Shown piece by piece: positions 31,973 to 41,395 of a stretch of DNA of 64,000 nucleotides. The translations under genes and the position numbers were made by a program. Location of the stretch: assembly GCA_038245295.1 (NCBI GenBank), contig JBBRSP010000008.1, forward strand, positions 1 to 64,000, written 5' to 3'. The notes under the pieces are model-generated. The model was not told the DNA's origin and did not search any database. It saw only the letters and a program-made list of their open reading frames with translations. Positions within the stretch are counted from its first letter, which is position 1. Each line of letters begins with the position of its first letter. This stretch comes from Candidatus Binatia bacterium. Lineage in GTDB: Bacteria; Desulfobacterota; Binatia; HRBIN30.

Positions 31973-33598
31973 TCATCCGTGAGCCGCTGCGGCGCTTTTG
32001 TTTTGGTAGATCACGCTGCGGGTTTGGCTCGGGCAAGGGCAAACCGTGTATTCGGCAAGTGGGATCTCGAACGCTTGCGTCACGGCAAATTGGTCGAACA
32101 TCGGGGACTCACCGAACCAGCCGGGGAAGACGACCAACCAATCGACGCGCTCAAATCTCAGTGTGCCGCCAAACGCCAATTGGGCGTTGTTGAGCCCCAG
32201 GATATCGAAGGTCCAGCGGTCTCCGAAGTAGCGAATCGCACCTGCATCGTTCACGGCAACCAGGGCGTCGGGCCGCGTGTGGTCGCGGATCCACTCACCG
32301 GGTGCGACGTTGATGAGATGAATCGCGCGCGCATCGGAGGATAGTCGTCGCGCCCGTTCGAGCACGGAATCCGCTAGATCGGGGCCAGCCAAGACGATCG
32401 CCCACATGAGTGCGACCCCAACAGCGAACGAACACAAGTCGGTTGCTGAGGCGCGACGACGAGGGCTCGCCAACAGTGCCGATCCGGCCTGGATGGCCGC
32501 TACAATGGTGAGCCCGCATCCAAGACAAAATGCCGCGGTGAGAACGAGCGACGCCGGTTCGACCCAGCGGGTCCAGTAGTATCCGTTGGGATTGAGCCGC
32601 CGCGAGCCGCCAATGGCGATCGCATATAGAGTCGGGGCAACGATCAGGAACCAGGCGAGGGCGAGCCGCGAACGATCGCGACGCGCGATGCACCATCCCA
32701 GCAGGAGAACGAGAACGAGTCCGAAGATACCCAGATGCGCGTACCCGTGCTGGGTGACGATCAGCGCGACAGCCTGCAATGGCTCGATGCCAAAACGGAA
32801 GGCCGAGGCTTTGAGGTAGAATGTTGTCGGAAGCCAGTGCCCGTTTGCCGCGTGGCAGAAGGCCATCCAAAGGGCCACAGGCGTCCAGGCAAGAAGCCAT
32901 CTGGCATGATCCTCTCGCGTTGGATGGCGTCCTTCCTCGACGAGCCAGGCTGCGACAAGCCACATCGGTAAGAGAATGGCTGCTTCCGGGCGTGCTAACG
33001 GGGCCATAGCAAAGCACAGAAGGGACCACGACCAGCGGCGGGCCGCGAACGTGGCGACCCCTGCCAACCACAGGGCGATCAGCAGGATGCTCTCCATCCC
33101 GGAGAAGGTTGCGAAGAGAAGGACGGGGTCGGCGGCAAAAAGGGTTGCGGCGATGAGCCCTGCCGCCCTCGATCCGCTGGCCTGCGCCCCCAGGGACACC
33201 ACGGCTAGCAAGGCCGCACAGCCGAGGAGGAAGGCGATCGCCTTCACGGTGATTACGAGTGCGTCGGCCGCGAGCGGCTCGATCCAGTGCGCCGGCACGG
33301 TAGCGATGGCCCACAGCGGGCTGGTTGAGCCTGCCTCCTGGGGCCCGCCACGGTTGTACTGGAAACCGCGGCCCTCGGCGAACGCCTGGGAGTAGATACG
33401 ATGAATCCACGCGTCATCGAGCGGGAAATCACGGATCGCGTAGGACGATTGCTGCGCGAAGAAAAGAACGCCGAGGGCGTAGACGCTGAGTGGCAAGAGC
33501 AGCGGGAGAATCTTGTTCCACCGCCGGCCATTCGACGCCGCCCGGATCTTCCGTTCGGGCAATCCGTCGCTCGCGGCGTCGCTGCTCACGCCGCGCAT
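31973..33598 (-). CDS. polytopic membrane protein, putative GT-C glycosyltransferase
   Basis: LDDAWIH, GSTSPLW, SGME, RPEA, P.TFY.K, DAGAIRY..D.LGL. Confidence 0.75.
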   Translation of the reverse strand: MRGVSSDAASDGLPERKIRAASNGRRWNKILPLLLPLSVYALGVLFFAQQSSYAIRDFPLDDAWIHRIYSQAFAEGRGFQYNRGGPQEAGSTSPLWAIATVPAHWIEPLAADALVITVKAIAFLLGCAALLAVVSLGAQASGSRAAGLIAATLFAADPVLLFATFSGMESILLIALWLAGVATFAARRWSWSLLCFAMAPLARPEAAILLPMWLVAAWLVEEGRHPTREDHARWLLAWTPVALWMAFCHAANGHWLPTTFYLKASAFRFGIEPLQAVALIVTQHGYAHLGIFGLVLVLLLGWCIARRDRSRLALAWFLIVAPTLYAIAIGGSRRLNPNGYYWTRWVEPASLVLTAAFCLGCGLTIVAAIQAGSALLASPRRRASATDLCSFAVGVALMWAIVLAGPDLADSVLERARRLSSDARAIHLINVAPGEWIRDHTRPDALVAVNDAGAIRYFGDRWTFDILGLNNAQLAFGGTLRFERVDWLVVFPGWFGESPMFDQFAVTQAFEIPLAEYTVCPCPSQTRSVIYQNKSAAAAHG

Positions 33599-33703
33599 AT
33601 CGCCGCACTCACAAAGGCTGTCAAGCCGCGCTGTTCACCGCGATAGCGCCGCACGGGCGCTACGTTGACCCCCTTCACGCGCCGATGCTAGTCGGGCGAG
33701 ACC

Positions 33704-35596
33704 TTGCACGCCGCTACTTCAACAGGCCGTTCGACCCCTTCGACGCGGCTGCGTCTGTGGCTGAGCGCTCTCGCGGTGGTCGCTGCGGTGACCGCCGCCT
33801 ACCTGCCGACTTTGCGGAATGGGTTCGTCAATTGGGACGATGATCGTTACGTCGTCGGCAACGAGGCGCTGCGATCCCCAGCCGGGCTCCTGAAAATCTG
33901 GTCGACTCTCGAGATGCCGGATGGATTTCCAAACTACCCGTTGGTGCTCACGTCGTATTGGATCGAGTACCAAGCCTGGGGGGCGTCGCCGGCGGGCTAT
34001 CACGCTACCAGCACGGGGTTGCACGCGGCCAACGTTGGGCTGGTATTCGCCCTGGCGTTGATGCTGGGCGCATCGCCCTGGGTAGCCTGCACGGCCGCCG
34101 CGATGTTCGGGCTCCATCCCATGCAAGCGGAGTCCGTGGTGTGGGTGGCGGAGCGCAAGAACCTGCTGTCCTCGTTCTTCGCCCTGATTACGATGTTGGC
34201 CTATTTGCAGTATCGCCGTGAGGGACGGTGGCCGTGGTATGCCGCGGCGCTGCTGAGTTTTGTCTTGGCGCTGCTGAGCAAGACGGCGGTGGCACCGTTG
34301 CCGCTCTCGTTACTGTGGCTCGACCTTGGCCGCGACGATGGGCGGCGACGGGCGAGTCTCGCGCGCCTCCTACCGTTCCTTGTGTTTGGCGGTGTCGCCG
34401 GTTTGCAGACCCTGCATGTCGAAGAGTTGCCCGCGACGGTGGCTCTAGGCGCACGGCCTCTCCTCGCCGCCGCGGCACTGTGTTTCTACGGTGGTATGCT
34501 GCTTGTTCCCTGGAACGTTATGGCGTTGTATCCGCGCTGGGAAGTTGTTCCAGGGGCCGTCGTTTGGTGGTTACCGCTGCTTGGCGTCCTCGGTATCAGC
34601 GCCATCGTCTATCGCTGGGTGTCGGACCGTCGCATACGCTGGGGTTTGATCCACTTCGTGTTGCTGCTGCTGCCGGTACTCGGATTGCGGCCCTTCGCGT
34701 TCAACAAGTACAGCTTCGTTGCCAATCATCACGTCTATCTCGCGTCGGTCGGGTTCTTCCTCGCCTTCGCAGAAGTACTCGGGTTTTGGCACGCCCGACG
34801 CGGCCGTCTCGTCAGCTTGCTCACCGGCCTCGTTGTACTGTGCTGGTTGGCGATTACCGAGCAGCAGATTCTGACATGGCACGACTCGGAGAGCCTTTGG
34901 ACGCAGGTGCTCACCGAGAATCCCCGGTCACCCGTTGCGCTGGTAAACCTCGGGCACGAGTTGATCGATCGCGGTCTACTGGAGGAGGGTGCAGCACTTT
35001 TTCGCCAAGCACTCGAGGTCGCGCCGGATAGCGCCGAGGCGCACACCAACCTGGCGCGTGTGTTCTTCGTGCAAGGCAAGTTCGAGGAAGCTGTAAAGCA
35101 TTGCCGCGCCGCCGTGTTGGTGCGGCCGAGTGATGCCGGGTTTCATCGGAATCTGGCAATGGCCCTCAAGTCCGAAGGCAGCGTCGAGGAGGCCAAAGCG
35201 GAGTTGCGTGCGGCGCTCCGTCTGCGCAACGACGCGGGGTACCACGCTCTCCTGGGAGATTTGCTGCTTGCCGAGGGCAACACGACGGAAGCGATTGGCG
35301 AGTACGGGCTCGCCTTGGCGATCGATGACGCACCGCAAGTGCGCCACGCGCTCGGCATGGCGTACCTGTCTGCGGATCGACTACGCGAAGCGGCGGCGGC
35401 GTTTGAGGATGTCGTTCGACGACGGCCCGATTGGGTCGAAGCTCATTACAATCTGGCCGTGGCGCTGCGTGCCCTCGGGAATCGGCAAGAGGCCATACAA
35501 CAGCTGGAAGAGGCCCTTCGCCTGGCACCGCAGTTCTTACTGGCGCAGCAGGAGCTGGAGTCGATCGGCGCTGAGTCTCAGTTCGATGGCCAATGA
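33704..35596 (+). CDS. TMTC-like membrane glycosyltransferase with C-terminal TPR repeats
   Basis: FVNWDD, GYH, HP...ESV.WVAERK, ALLSK, H.YL, W.DSE.LW, about 6 TPRs. Confidence 0.85.
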   Translation: MHAATSTGRSTPSTRLRLWLSALAVVAAVTAAYLPTLRNGFVNWDDDRYVVGNEALRSPAGLLKIWSTLEMPDGFPNYPLVLTSYWIEYQAWGASPAGYHATSTGLHAANVGLVFALALMLGASPWVACTAAAMFGLHPMQAESVVWVAERKNLLSSFFALITMLAYLQYRREGRWPWYAAALLSFVLALLSKTAVAPLPLSLLWLDLGRDDGRRRASLARLLPFLVFGGVAGLQTLHVEELPATVALGARPLLAAAALCFYGGMLLVPWNVMALYPRWEVVPGAVVWWLPLLGVLGISAIVYRWVSDRRIRWGLIHFVLLLLPVLGLRPFAFNKYSFVANHHVYLASVGFFLAFAEVLGFWHARRGRLVSLLTGLVVLCWLAITEQQILTWHDSESLWTQVLTENPRSPVALVNLGHELIDRGLLEEGAALFRQALEVAPDSAEAHTNLARVFFVQGKFEEAVKHCRAAVLVRPSDAGFHRNLAMALKSEGSVEEAKAELRAALRLRNDAGYHALLGDLLLAEGNTTEAIGEYGLALAIDDAPQVRHALGMAYLSADRLREAAAAFEDVVRRRPDWVEAHYNLAVALRALGNRQEAIQQLEEALRLAPQFLLAQQELESIGAESQFDGQ

Positions 35597-35852
35597 AGTC
35601 CCGGCCACCGCCCGCCAATAATCTAGGCGCGGACGCTATCGCCTCTCCTTCGTAATGCCGGGCAGAATGGATTAGAGGTCCGGCCTGGATGTCGGAATCC
35701 CGCAGTTCAAATCAACATCGACGCTTCGTCTCGATTCTGATCGTGTTCGGCGTTGGCTCGTTAGCTGTGGCGGCCCACGTCTATCGGTACTGGCCATTCC
35801 TGGCGGAGGACACGTTGATCTTTCGTCTTGTTCGACTGAGTGCCGGCTGACC

Positions 35853-37493
35853 ATGCGCCGATCCGGACTGCTACTGGTGGTCGCTTGCGCGGCGACGTTG
35901 TTCTTCCGGCTCGGTAGCTTTCCACTGCTCGACGATCCGAACGAGGGGCAATACGCCGAGGTGGCGCGTGAGATGGTTGAGTCTGGGGAGTGGCTCAGCC
36001 CGCAGCTCGACTACGTCTTGTTCCTCAATAAACCGCCGCTCACGTATTGGCTGCTCGGCGCCTCCTATCGTCTGTTCGGTGTGTCCGAACTCGCGGCGCG
36101 TGTACCCTCTGCGGCCTGTGCACTGTTGATCGTTCTGCTCGTCGTCTGGCTGGGGAACCTGCTCTTTGATCCGGCGACGGGTGTTCGTGCCGGTCTCATC
36201 CTGGCGACGACGGCCGGCTTCTTCGTGGAATCACATCTCGTCCGACCAGATTTGGAACTGTGCCTTGGCATTACGGCCAGCTTTGTTGCTCTCGCCTACG
36301 TGTTTCGCGAAGGGGGGCGACCGCGCACCCTCGTGCTGGTCGCTCTACAGTCGGCTCTTGCCTTTGGGCTGCTGGCCAAAGGGATGGTGGCGCTGCTGGT
36401 GCCGGCATTGGTCGCGCTGCCTCTCCTCGTGTTTTCGCGACGCTGGAGTCTCGCCCGAGAATTGCTGCGGCCGCGCGCCTGGTGGTGGTTCGCCGTGCTG
36501 GTTGTCCCGTGGCATCTGGTCATGAGCCTGCGCCACAGCGGCTTTGCCTGGGACTATATCGTCAACCAACACCTGCTCTTCTTCTTCGACAAGAAAGAGC
36601 CGCGCGATTCGCTGCCCATCCCATTGTGGGCGTTCTGGGCGGCGTTTGCCGGGCGAATGTTTCCGTGGACGTTCTTCCTACCCCTGGCAGTGCGGAACGC
36701 GTGGCGAGCGCGGCGCGATTTCGGCAATCGCTTAGCCTTACTTTGGGCGAGCGCCGTTCTGCTCTTCTTCTCGATCGCCACCGCGCGGCTCGAACACTAT
36801 TCGATCCCGGCCCTGCCCGCGCTTGCCTTGTTGCTGGCGGCGCTGATGCGTGACACCACGACGACGATCGAGCGTCGTCTGGCCGCGGCGCACGCCATCG
36901 CGCTACTCGGTGCGGCGGCGGTGTCGGCGTTCCTTGCACCGCTGCCGTTGAGCATTGTCCTGCCGGTGACGATTACGCTGGCTGGTGGGTTTGCCGTTGC
37001 GGTGCTCGCTCCAAGGCAGGTTGGCGTTGCGGTGGCTGTTGGTGTGAGCCTGCTGCTGGCTGAACTTTGGATGGTCAACGGCCTCGCGTGGTACGCGCCG
37101 CAGAACTCCAGTCGTGCGACGGCGCAGGCTGTTGCCTCTGAATCTGCGGATGCCGTTCTCGTCTTCGAGGCGCCAATCGAATATCAGAATGTTGCGCCGC
37201 TTCTGTTCTACCTGAGGCGCCGCATCGCGATCCTGCGACCGCCACGCTTCATTGCGCCGGACTATCTCGTGCCGCATCAATCGGAGCTGTTCGTCTCACC
37301 AGAAGTCTTGGAACACTGGTGGCAAACGCGTGACGTGTTGTTCCTGGCGGATCCACTCATGCCGCGTGCGAGCATGGACGCTGTTGTCCCCGGGCCATAC
37401 GAAGTTGTCTGGCACAACGATGACCGATGGGTGCTCAAGTCGAAACGCGGATCGTTACCCGACGATCAGTCCGCGCCGGGACGCGGCAAATAG
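35853..37493 (+). CDS. ArnT / GT83 family glycosyltransferase
   Basis: DPNEGQYAEVAREM, KPPLTYW, AARVPSA, LAKG, PWT, multiple TMs. Confidence 0.87.
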   Translation: MRRSGLLLVVACAATLFFRLGSFPLLDDPNEGQYAEVAREMVESGEWLSPQLDYVLFLNKPPLTYWLLGASYRLFGVSELAARVPSAACALLIVLLVVWLGNLLFDPATGVRAGLILATTAGFFVESHLVRPDLELCLGITASFVALAYVFREGGRPRTLVLVALQSALAFGLLAKGMVALLVPALVALPLLVFSRRWSLARELLRPRAWWWFAVLVVPWHLVMSLRHSGFAWDYIVNQHLLFFFDKKEPRDSLPIPLWAFWAAFAGRMFPWTFFLPLAVRNAWRARRDFGNRLALLWASAVLLFFSIATARLEHYSIPALPALALLLAALMRDTTTTIERRLAAAHAIALLGAAAVSAFLAPLPLSIVLPVTITLAGGFAVAVLAPRQVGVAVAVGVSLLLAELWMVNGLAWYAPQNSSRATAQAVASESADAVLVFEAPIEYQNVAPLLFYLRRRIAILRPPRFIAPDYLVPHQSELFVSPEVLEHWWQTRDVLFLADPLMPRASMDAVVPGPYEVVWHNDDRWVLKSKRGSLPDDQSAPGRGK

Positions 37494-37518
37494 CCGCATG
37501 ACCAAGTCGCCCCACGTT

Positions 37519-37557
37519 CAGATGACCAGATGACCAAATGGCCAGATGACCAAATGA
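37519..37557. repeat. 8-bp tandem repeat, about 5 units
   Basis: CAGATGAC CAGATGAC CAAATGGC CAGATGAC CAAATGA. Confidence 0.85.
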
Positions 37558-37617
37558 TTCCATGTCTTGCTCTAACCTCGGGCAGGCGGGTATGTTCGGC
37601 GCCCCGGCGGGAAAATC

Positions 37618-38988
37618 ATGTCGCAATACATCGCAGACGCAAAGGCAGAGGTAGAAATCGAGAAGTACGACCAACTGGTCGAATACTTCGAAAACTCATG
37701 CAAGCCACGTGAGCGTTGGCGCATCGGCACCGAGTACGAAAAGGTGGCCGTGTTGGCATCAAACGGCCAGGCCGCGCCTTTCACCGGCGGGATCGAAGAA
37801 GTGTTGCGCCGGATGGCAGATCGTTACCCGTGGACCCCGATCGTCGAGGAAGGGCGCATCGTGGCGCTCAGCAGTGGCGCCGGCGGTGCGGCGATCACCC
37901 TCGAGCCGGGTGGACAGCTCGAGCTCTCGGGCGAGCAATGCGACAGTGTACACTGCGCGGCGCGCGAGTTTCACGAACACGTGCACCAAATCGTCAGCAT
38001 CGGCAAGGAGCTCGGAATCGTTTTCCTAGGCCTCGGCATGCAGCCGATCAGCCGCCTGGAAGAGATCGAGTGGGTGCCGAAGAAGCGCTACGGCATCATG
38101 GGTCCGTATATGCTCGAAGTCGGCACCCTCGGGCAGCGCATGATGAAGCAGACCGCCACGGTGCAGGTGAATTTCGACTACAGCAGCGAGCGTGATGCAA
38201 CGAACAAGGTGCGCACCGGCATGGGCCTGGCGCCGATTCTGAACGCCATGTTCGCCAACTCGCCCATCTGCGACGGCAATCTCAACGGGTACATGAGCTT
38301 CCGCGGTCATATTTGGACCGATACCGACAACAATCGCTCGGGCCTCCTGCCCTGGGTCTTCCAACGCGAGTGGGGCTTCGCCAACTACGTCGAGTACGCT
38401 CTCGATGTGCCGATGTATTTCATCGTGCGCGACGGCGAGTGGAGCAACATGACGGCGATGACGTTTCGACAATTCTGGAACGATGGCTACCGCAGCTATC
38501 GCGCCAACATGTCGGATTGGAACGCGCACCTGACGACACTGTTCCCCGAAACCCGGATGAAGGGTTACATCGAGATTCGCTCGATCGACAGCCAGGCCCC
38601 CGAGATGATGCTGGCGGTGCCGGCTATCGTCAAAGGGCTCTTCTACGATGCTGACTGTCTCGGTGCGGCGTGGGATCTCGTTAAGAGTTGGACCTGGGAG
38701 GAGCGCCTGACTCTGTGGCGCGACGCCCACAAGGGTGCGCTGCGGGCCAAGATCCGCACCATCGAGCTGCGTGAGCTGGCGCGTGAAGTCATCGACATCG
38801 CGGAGACCGGGCTGAATCGGCAGCGCCGTGCCGGCGAAGAATCCGAGGCGATGTACCTCGAGCGCTTGCGCGATGAGGTCCGCCGCGGTCGCTGTCCGGC
38901 CGATCTCCTCGTCGAGAAGTGGAACAGTACATGGGCTCAGCAGTACAGTGGCCTGGTGGAAGGTAGCGCCTACAGCATCGCGGCGTGA
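37618..38988 (+). CDS. gshA: glutamate--cysteine ligase (GCS2, plant/alphaproteobacterial type)
   Basis: IGTEYEK, TLEPGGQLELSG, PKKRY.IM, TATVQVNFD, FANSP, HLTTLFPE.R.K.YIE.R. Confidence 0.9.
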   Translation: MSQYIADAKAEVEIEKYDQLVEYFENSCKPRERWRIGTEYEKVAVLASNGQAAPFTGGIEEVLRRMADRYPWTPIVEEGRIVALSSGAGGAAITLEPGGQLELSGEQCDSVHCAAREFHEHVHQIVSIGKELGIVFLGLGMQPISRLEEIEWVPKKRYGIMGPYMLEVGTLGQRMMKQTATVQVNFDYSSERDATNKVRTGMGLAPILNAMFANSPICDGNLNGYMSFRGHIWTDTDNNRSGLLPWVFQREWGFANYVEYALDVPMYFIVRDGEWSNMTAMTFRQFWNDGYRSYRANMSDWNAHLTTLFPETRMKGYIEIRSIDSQAPEMMLAVPAIVKGLFYDADCLGAAWDLVKSWTWEERLTLWRDAHKGALRAKIRTIELRELAREVIDIAETGLNRQRRAGEESEAMYLERLRDEVRRGRCPADLLVEKWNSTWAQQYSGLVEGSAYSIAA

Positions 38989-39770
38989 CGAGCCCAGGCA
39001 TCATCACTCTGCTGACCGACTTCGGACTTGATGATCCCTACGTTGGGATCATGAAGGGAGTCATCCTTTCCGCCAACCCGACGGTTCGCCTGGTCGACCT
39101 GACGCACGCCATTGCCGCGCAAGATGTGCTTGCCGGTGCCATGAGCCTTCGCAGCGCGGTGCCATACTTTCCTTCGGACTGCATTCACCTTGCCGTCGTT
39201 GATCCCGGGGTTGGGTCGGCGCGCGCGGCGCTCGTGGTCGAGACAACTCATGGCTGGTTGGTTGGTCCTGACAACGGCCTGCTCTCCCTGGTCGGCGAAC
39301 GGCGACGAGTGTGGCGCATCGAGAACCAGGCGTTGTGGCGCCACCCGGTGTCGCGGACATTCCATGGCCGCGACGTATTCGCGCCGATTGCGGCTTATCT
39401 GAGCCTCGGCGGTTTGCCCGAAAGCGTTGGGCCGCTGGCCGCCGGCATACACGAGCTACGGCTGCCGGAGGTGACGCACCACCCCGACAGTATTGAAGGT
39501 GAGGTCATCCACGTTGATCATTTCGGCAACCTCGTCACCAACATCGACGCCGTCGCGATTGCTGCCTTTCACGCTGCGCCGCTTTCCACTAGTGTCGCCG
39601 GGATGACAGGAATCGGGCTTGTTACCGCATATACCAAGGCTGCGCCCGGTACTCTGTTGGCGATCATCGGCAGTTCGAATGTTCTGGAGATTGCGCTGCG
39701 CGATGGCAGCGCTGCCCGGCACCTCGGCGCTGGCAAAGGATCTCGCGTCAGTGTCCGGGTGGTTTCATGA
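38985..39770 (+). CDS. SAM hydroxide adenosyltransferase / chlorinase-fluorinase family (DUF62)
   Basis: ITLLTDFG..DPYVG.MKGVI, VVDPGVGSAR, GPDNG, TFHGRDVFAP, DHFGN. Confidence 0.93.
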   Translation: MTSPGIITLLTDFGLDDPYVGIMKGVILSANPTVRLVDLTHAIAAQDVLAGAMSLRSAVPYFPSDCIHLAVVDPGVGSARAALVVETTHGWLVGPDNGLLSLVGERRRVWRIENQALWRHPVSRTFHGRDVFAPIAAYLSLGGLPESVGPLAAGIHELRLPEVTHHPDSIEGEVIHVDHFGNLVTNIDAVAIAAFHAAPLSTSVAGMTGIGLVTAYTKAAPGTLLAIIGSSNVLEIALRDGSAARHLGAGKGSRVSVRVVS

Positions 39771-40834
39771 GCCAATCGCCGTTGCCGTACCCGCCGTCGC
39801 CCTGGCAACCGCCGCGGCCAATTGAGGCGCCCCAGCGGCGCCGTGCGGCGCGCCGGTCGCCGATCGTTCATATCCTTCTGTTCGTGGCAACGTTCTTCAC
39901 GACGTCGCTCACCGGCGCGTTTGCTTTGGGCGTAAATCCCTTGGTCGATCCGTGGTCTCTGCGGGCCGGATTCTCCTATTCGACCACCCTGATGATCATC
40001 ATGTTGTTCCACGAGTTCGGGCACTATTTCCTGGCCGTATTTCATCGCGTCGGAACTACCTTGCCGTTCTTTCTGCCCGGTCCGCCGCTGCCCCCACCGT
40101 TCCTCGCACCCGGGACCTTCGGCGCCTTCATTCGCATTCGCGAGTTGTTGCCTTCCCGCCGCGCTCTGTTCGATATCGGGGCTGCCGGTCCCTGGGCCGG
40201 GCTGCTCATCGCCGCACCAGCCTTCTATATCGGGCTGCGCTTGTCCGATGTGCGACCGCAAGTGCTTGCCCCTGCCGGCGGAGTTCTGGGTGAGTCGCTC
40301 ATGATGAAGGGACTGACCTGGCTGGCGCTCGGCACAACCGGCGACAACGTGACGATCACCCTGCACCCGATCGGCGTCGCCGGATGGTGGGGGTTGGTGA
40401 TTACGATGCTCAATCTCATGCCGATCGGCCAACTCGATGGCGGGCACGTGGTCTATGCGATGTTCGGCCGTCGTCATCGGTGGATTGCACGCGGCGCTGT
40501 GTTTCTGGTTGCGGCGCTGGCGGTGTTTTCCTCGGGGACATGGGCCGTATGGGTGTTGATCGCGATGATCATCGGTGTCGACCATCCGCCGACGGTGGAG
40601 GACTTTGTTCCCCTGCAAGGCTGGCGGCGCCTCGGCGGCTGGCTCACCATCCTTATGTTTTTTCTCGTGTTCATGCCGGGTTTGGCGCACGACTCGGCGC
40701 AACCGGACGAGCCCGACGCGCAGCGGGTAGAAGTGCGTGCCGAATCGCCGGACGGCGGCTGGCCGGCCACGATGTGGAGACAAACGACGTGGAGCGAACC
40801 GCTCCTGAGCAGGGTCGGAGGATGGAAGCGATGA
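39767..40834 (+). CDS. site-2 protease (M50) family
   Basis: HEFGH, GTFGAFI, AGP, NLMPIGQLDGGH. Confidence 0.92.
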   Translation: MSQSPLPYPPSPWQPPRPIEAPQRRRAARRSPIVHILLFVATFFTTSLTGAFALGVNPLVDPWSLRAGFSYSTTLMIIMLFHEFGHYFLAVFHRVGTTLPFFLPGPPLPPPFLAPGTFGAFIRIRELLPSRRALFDIGAAGPWAGLLIAAPAFYIGLRLSDVRPQVLAPAGGVLGESLMMKGLTWLALGTTGDNVTITLHPIGVAGWWGLVITMLNLMPIGQLDGGHVVYAMFGRRHRWIARGAVFLVAALAVFSSGTWAVWVLIAMIIGVDHPPTVEDFVPLQGWRRLGGWLTILMFFLVFMPGLAHDSAQPDEPDAQRVEVRAESPDGGWPATMWRQTTWSEPLLSRVGGWKR

Positions 40835-41283
40835 GTGAACGGCCAAGTTGGGACCAGTATTTCATGACCATCACGCGCCAGGTGGCGGAGCGCTCGACGT
40901 GCACGCGGGCCAAGGTCGGGGCGGTCATCGTGCGCGACAAGAACATCCTGGCAACAGGCTACAATGGTTCGCCGGCGGGGTTGCCGCACTGCACCGACGT
41001 CGGCTGTCTGGTGTACAAGTCACAAACGCCAACCGGTGATACCGAGGAGAACTGCTTCCGTACAATCCACGCCGAGATCAATGCCATCGCGCAGGCGGCG
41101 AAGAACGGCGCGCCGATCCGTGACGCGCACATCTACATCACTCACACGCCGTGCATTCATTGCTTCAAGGTGCTCATCAACACCGGTATCGTGCGGATCT
41201 GTTACGAAAAGGAATACAAGCTCAACACAATCGAGCCTTTGCTGAAGTTTGCGCCGCAAGTGCAGTTGCAACGCGTCGAGTAG
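40831..41283 (+). CDS. dCMP deaminase / ComEB family
   Basis: RPSWDQYF, RSTC, GYNG, HAE.NA, PCIHC; GGAGG RBS. Confidence 0.93.
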   Translation: MSERPSWDQYFMTITRQVAERSTCTRAKVGAVIVRDKNILATGYNGSPAGLPHCTDVGCLVYKSQTPTGDTEENCFRTIHAEINAIAQAAKNGAPIRDAHIYITHTPCIHCFKVLINTGIVRICYEKEYKLNTIEPLLKFAPQVQLQRVE

Positions 41284-41395
41284 GACCTAGGAAGGCGGTT
41301 TCGTCGGGTCGCTGTTCCGGTTCTGCCCGCGTTTTTCGGGTTCGAGGAACGCAGCTGCGAGCCATCTTGCAACAACATCGGGAGCTCGCCTCGAA

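Noticed and set aside
35690..35720. tRNA fragment (GTTCAAATC)
   Set aside because: T-loop-like string without a pairing T-stem or cloverleaf.
37497..37557. CRISPR array
   Set aside because: 8-bp tandem units with no spacers and no cas genes; the other repeats in the window are dispersed, not arrayed.
38985..39770. True fluorinase or chlorinase
   Set aside because: It retains the Asp-Arg-His residues typical of DUF62 SAM hydrolases (VVDPG, SAR, FHGRD), and there is no halometabolite cluster nearby.
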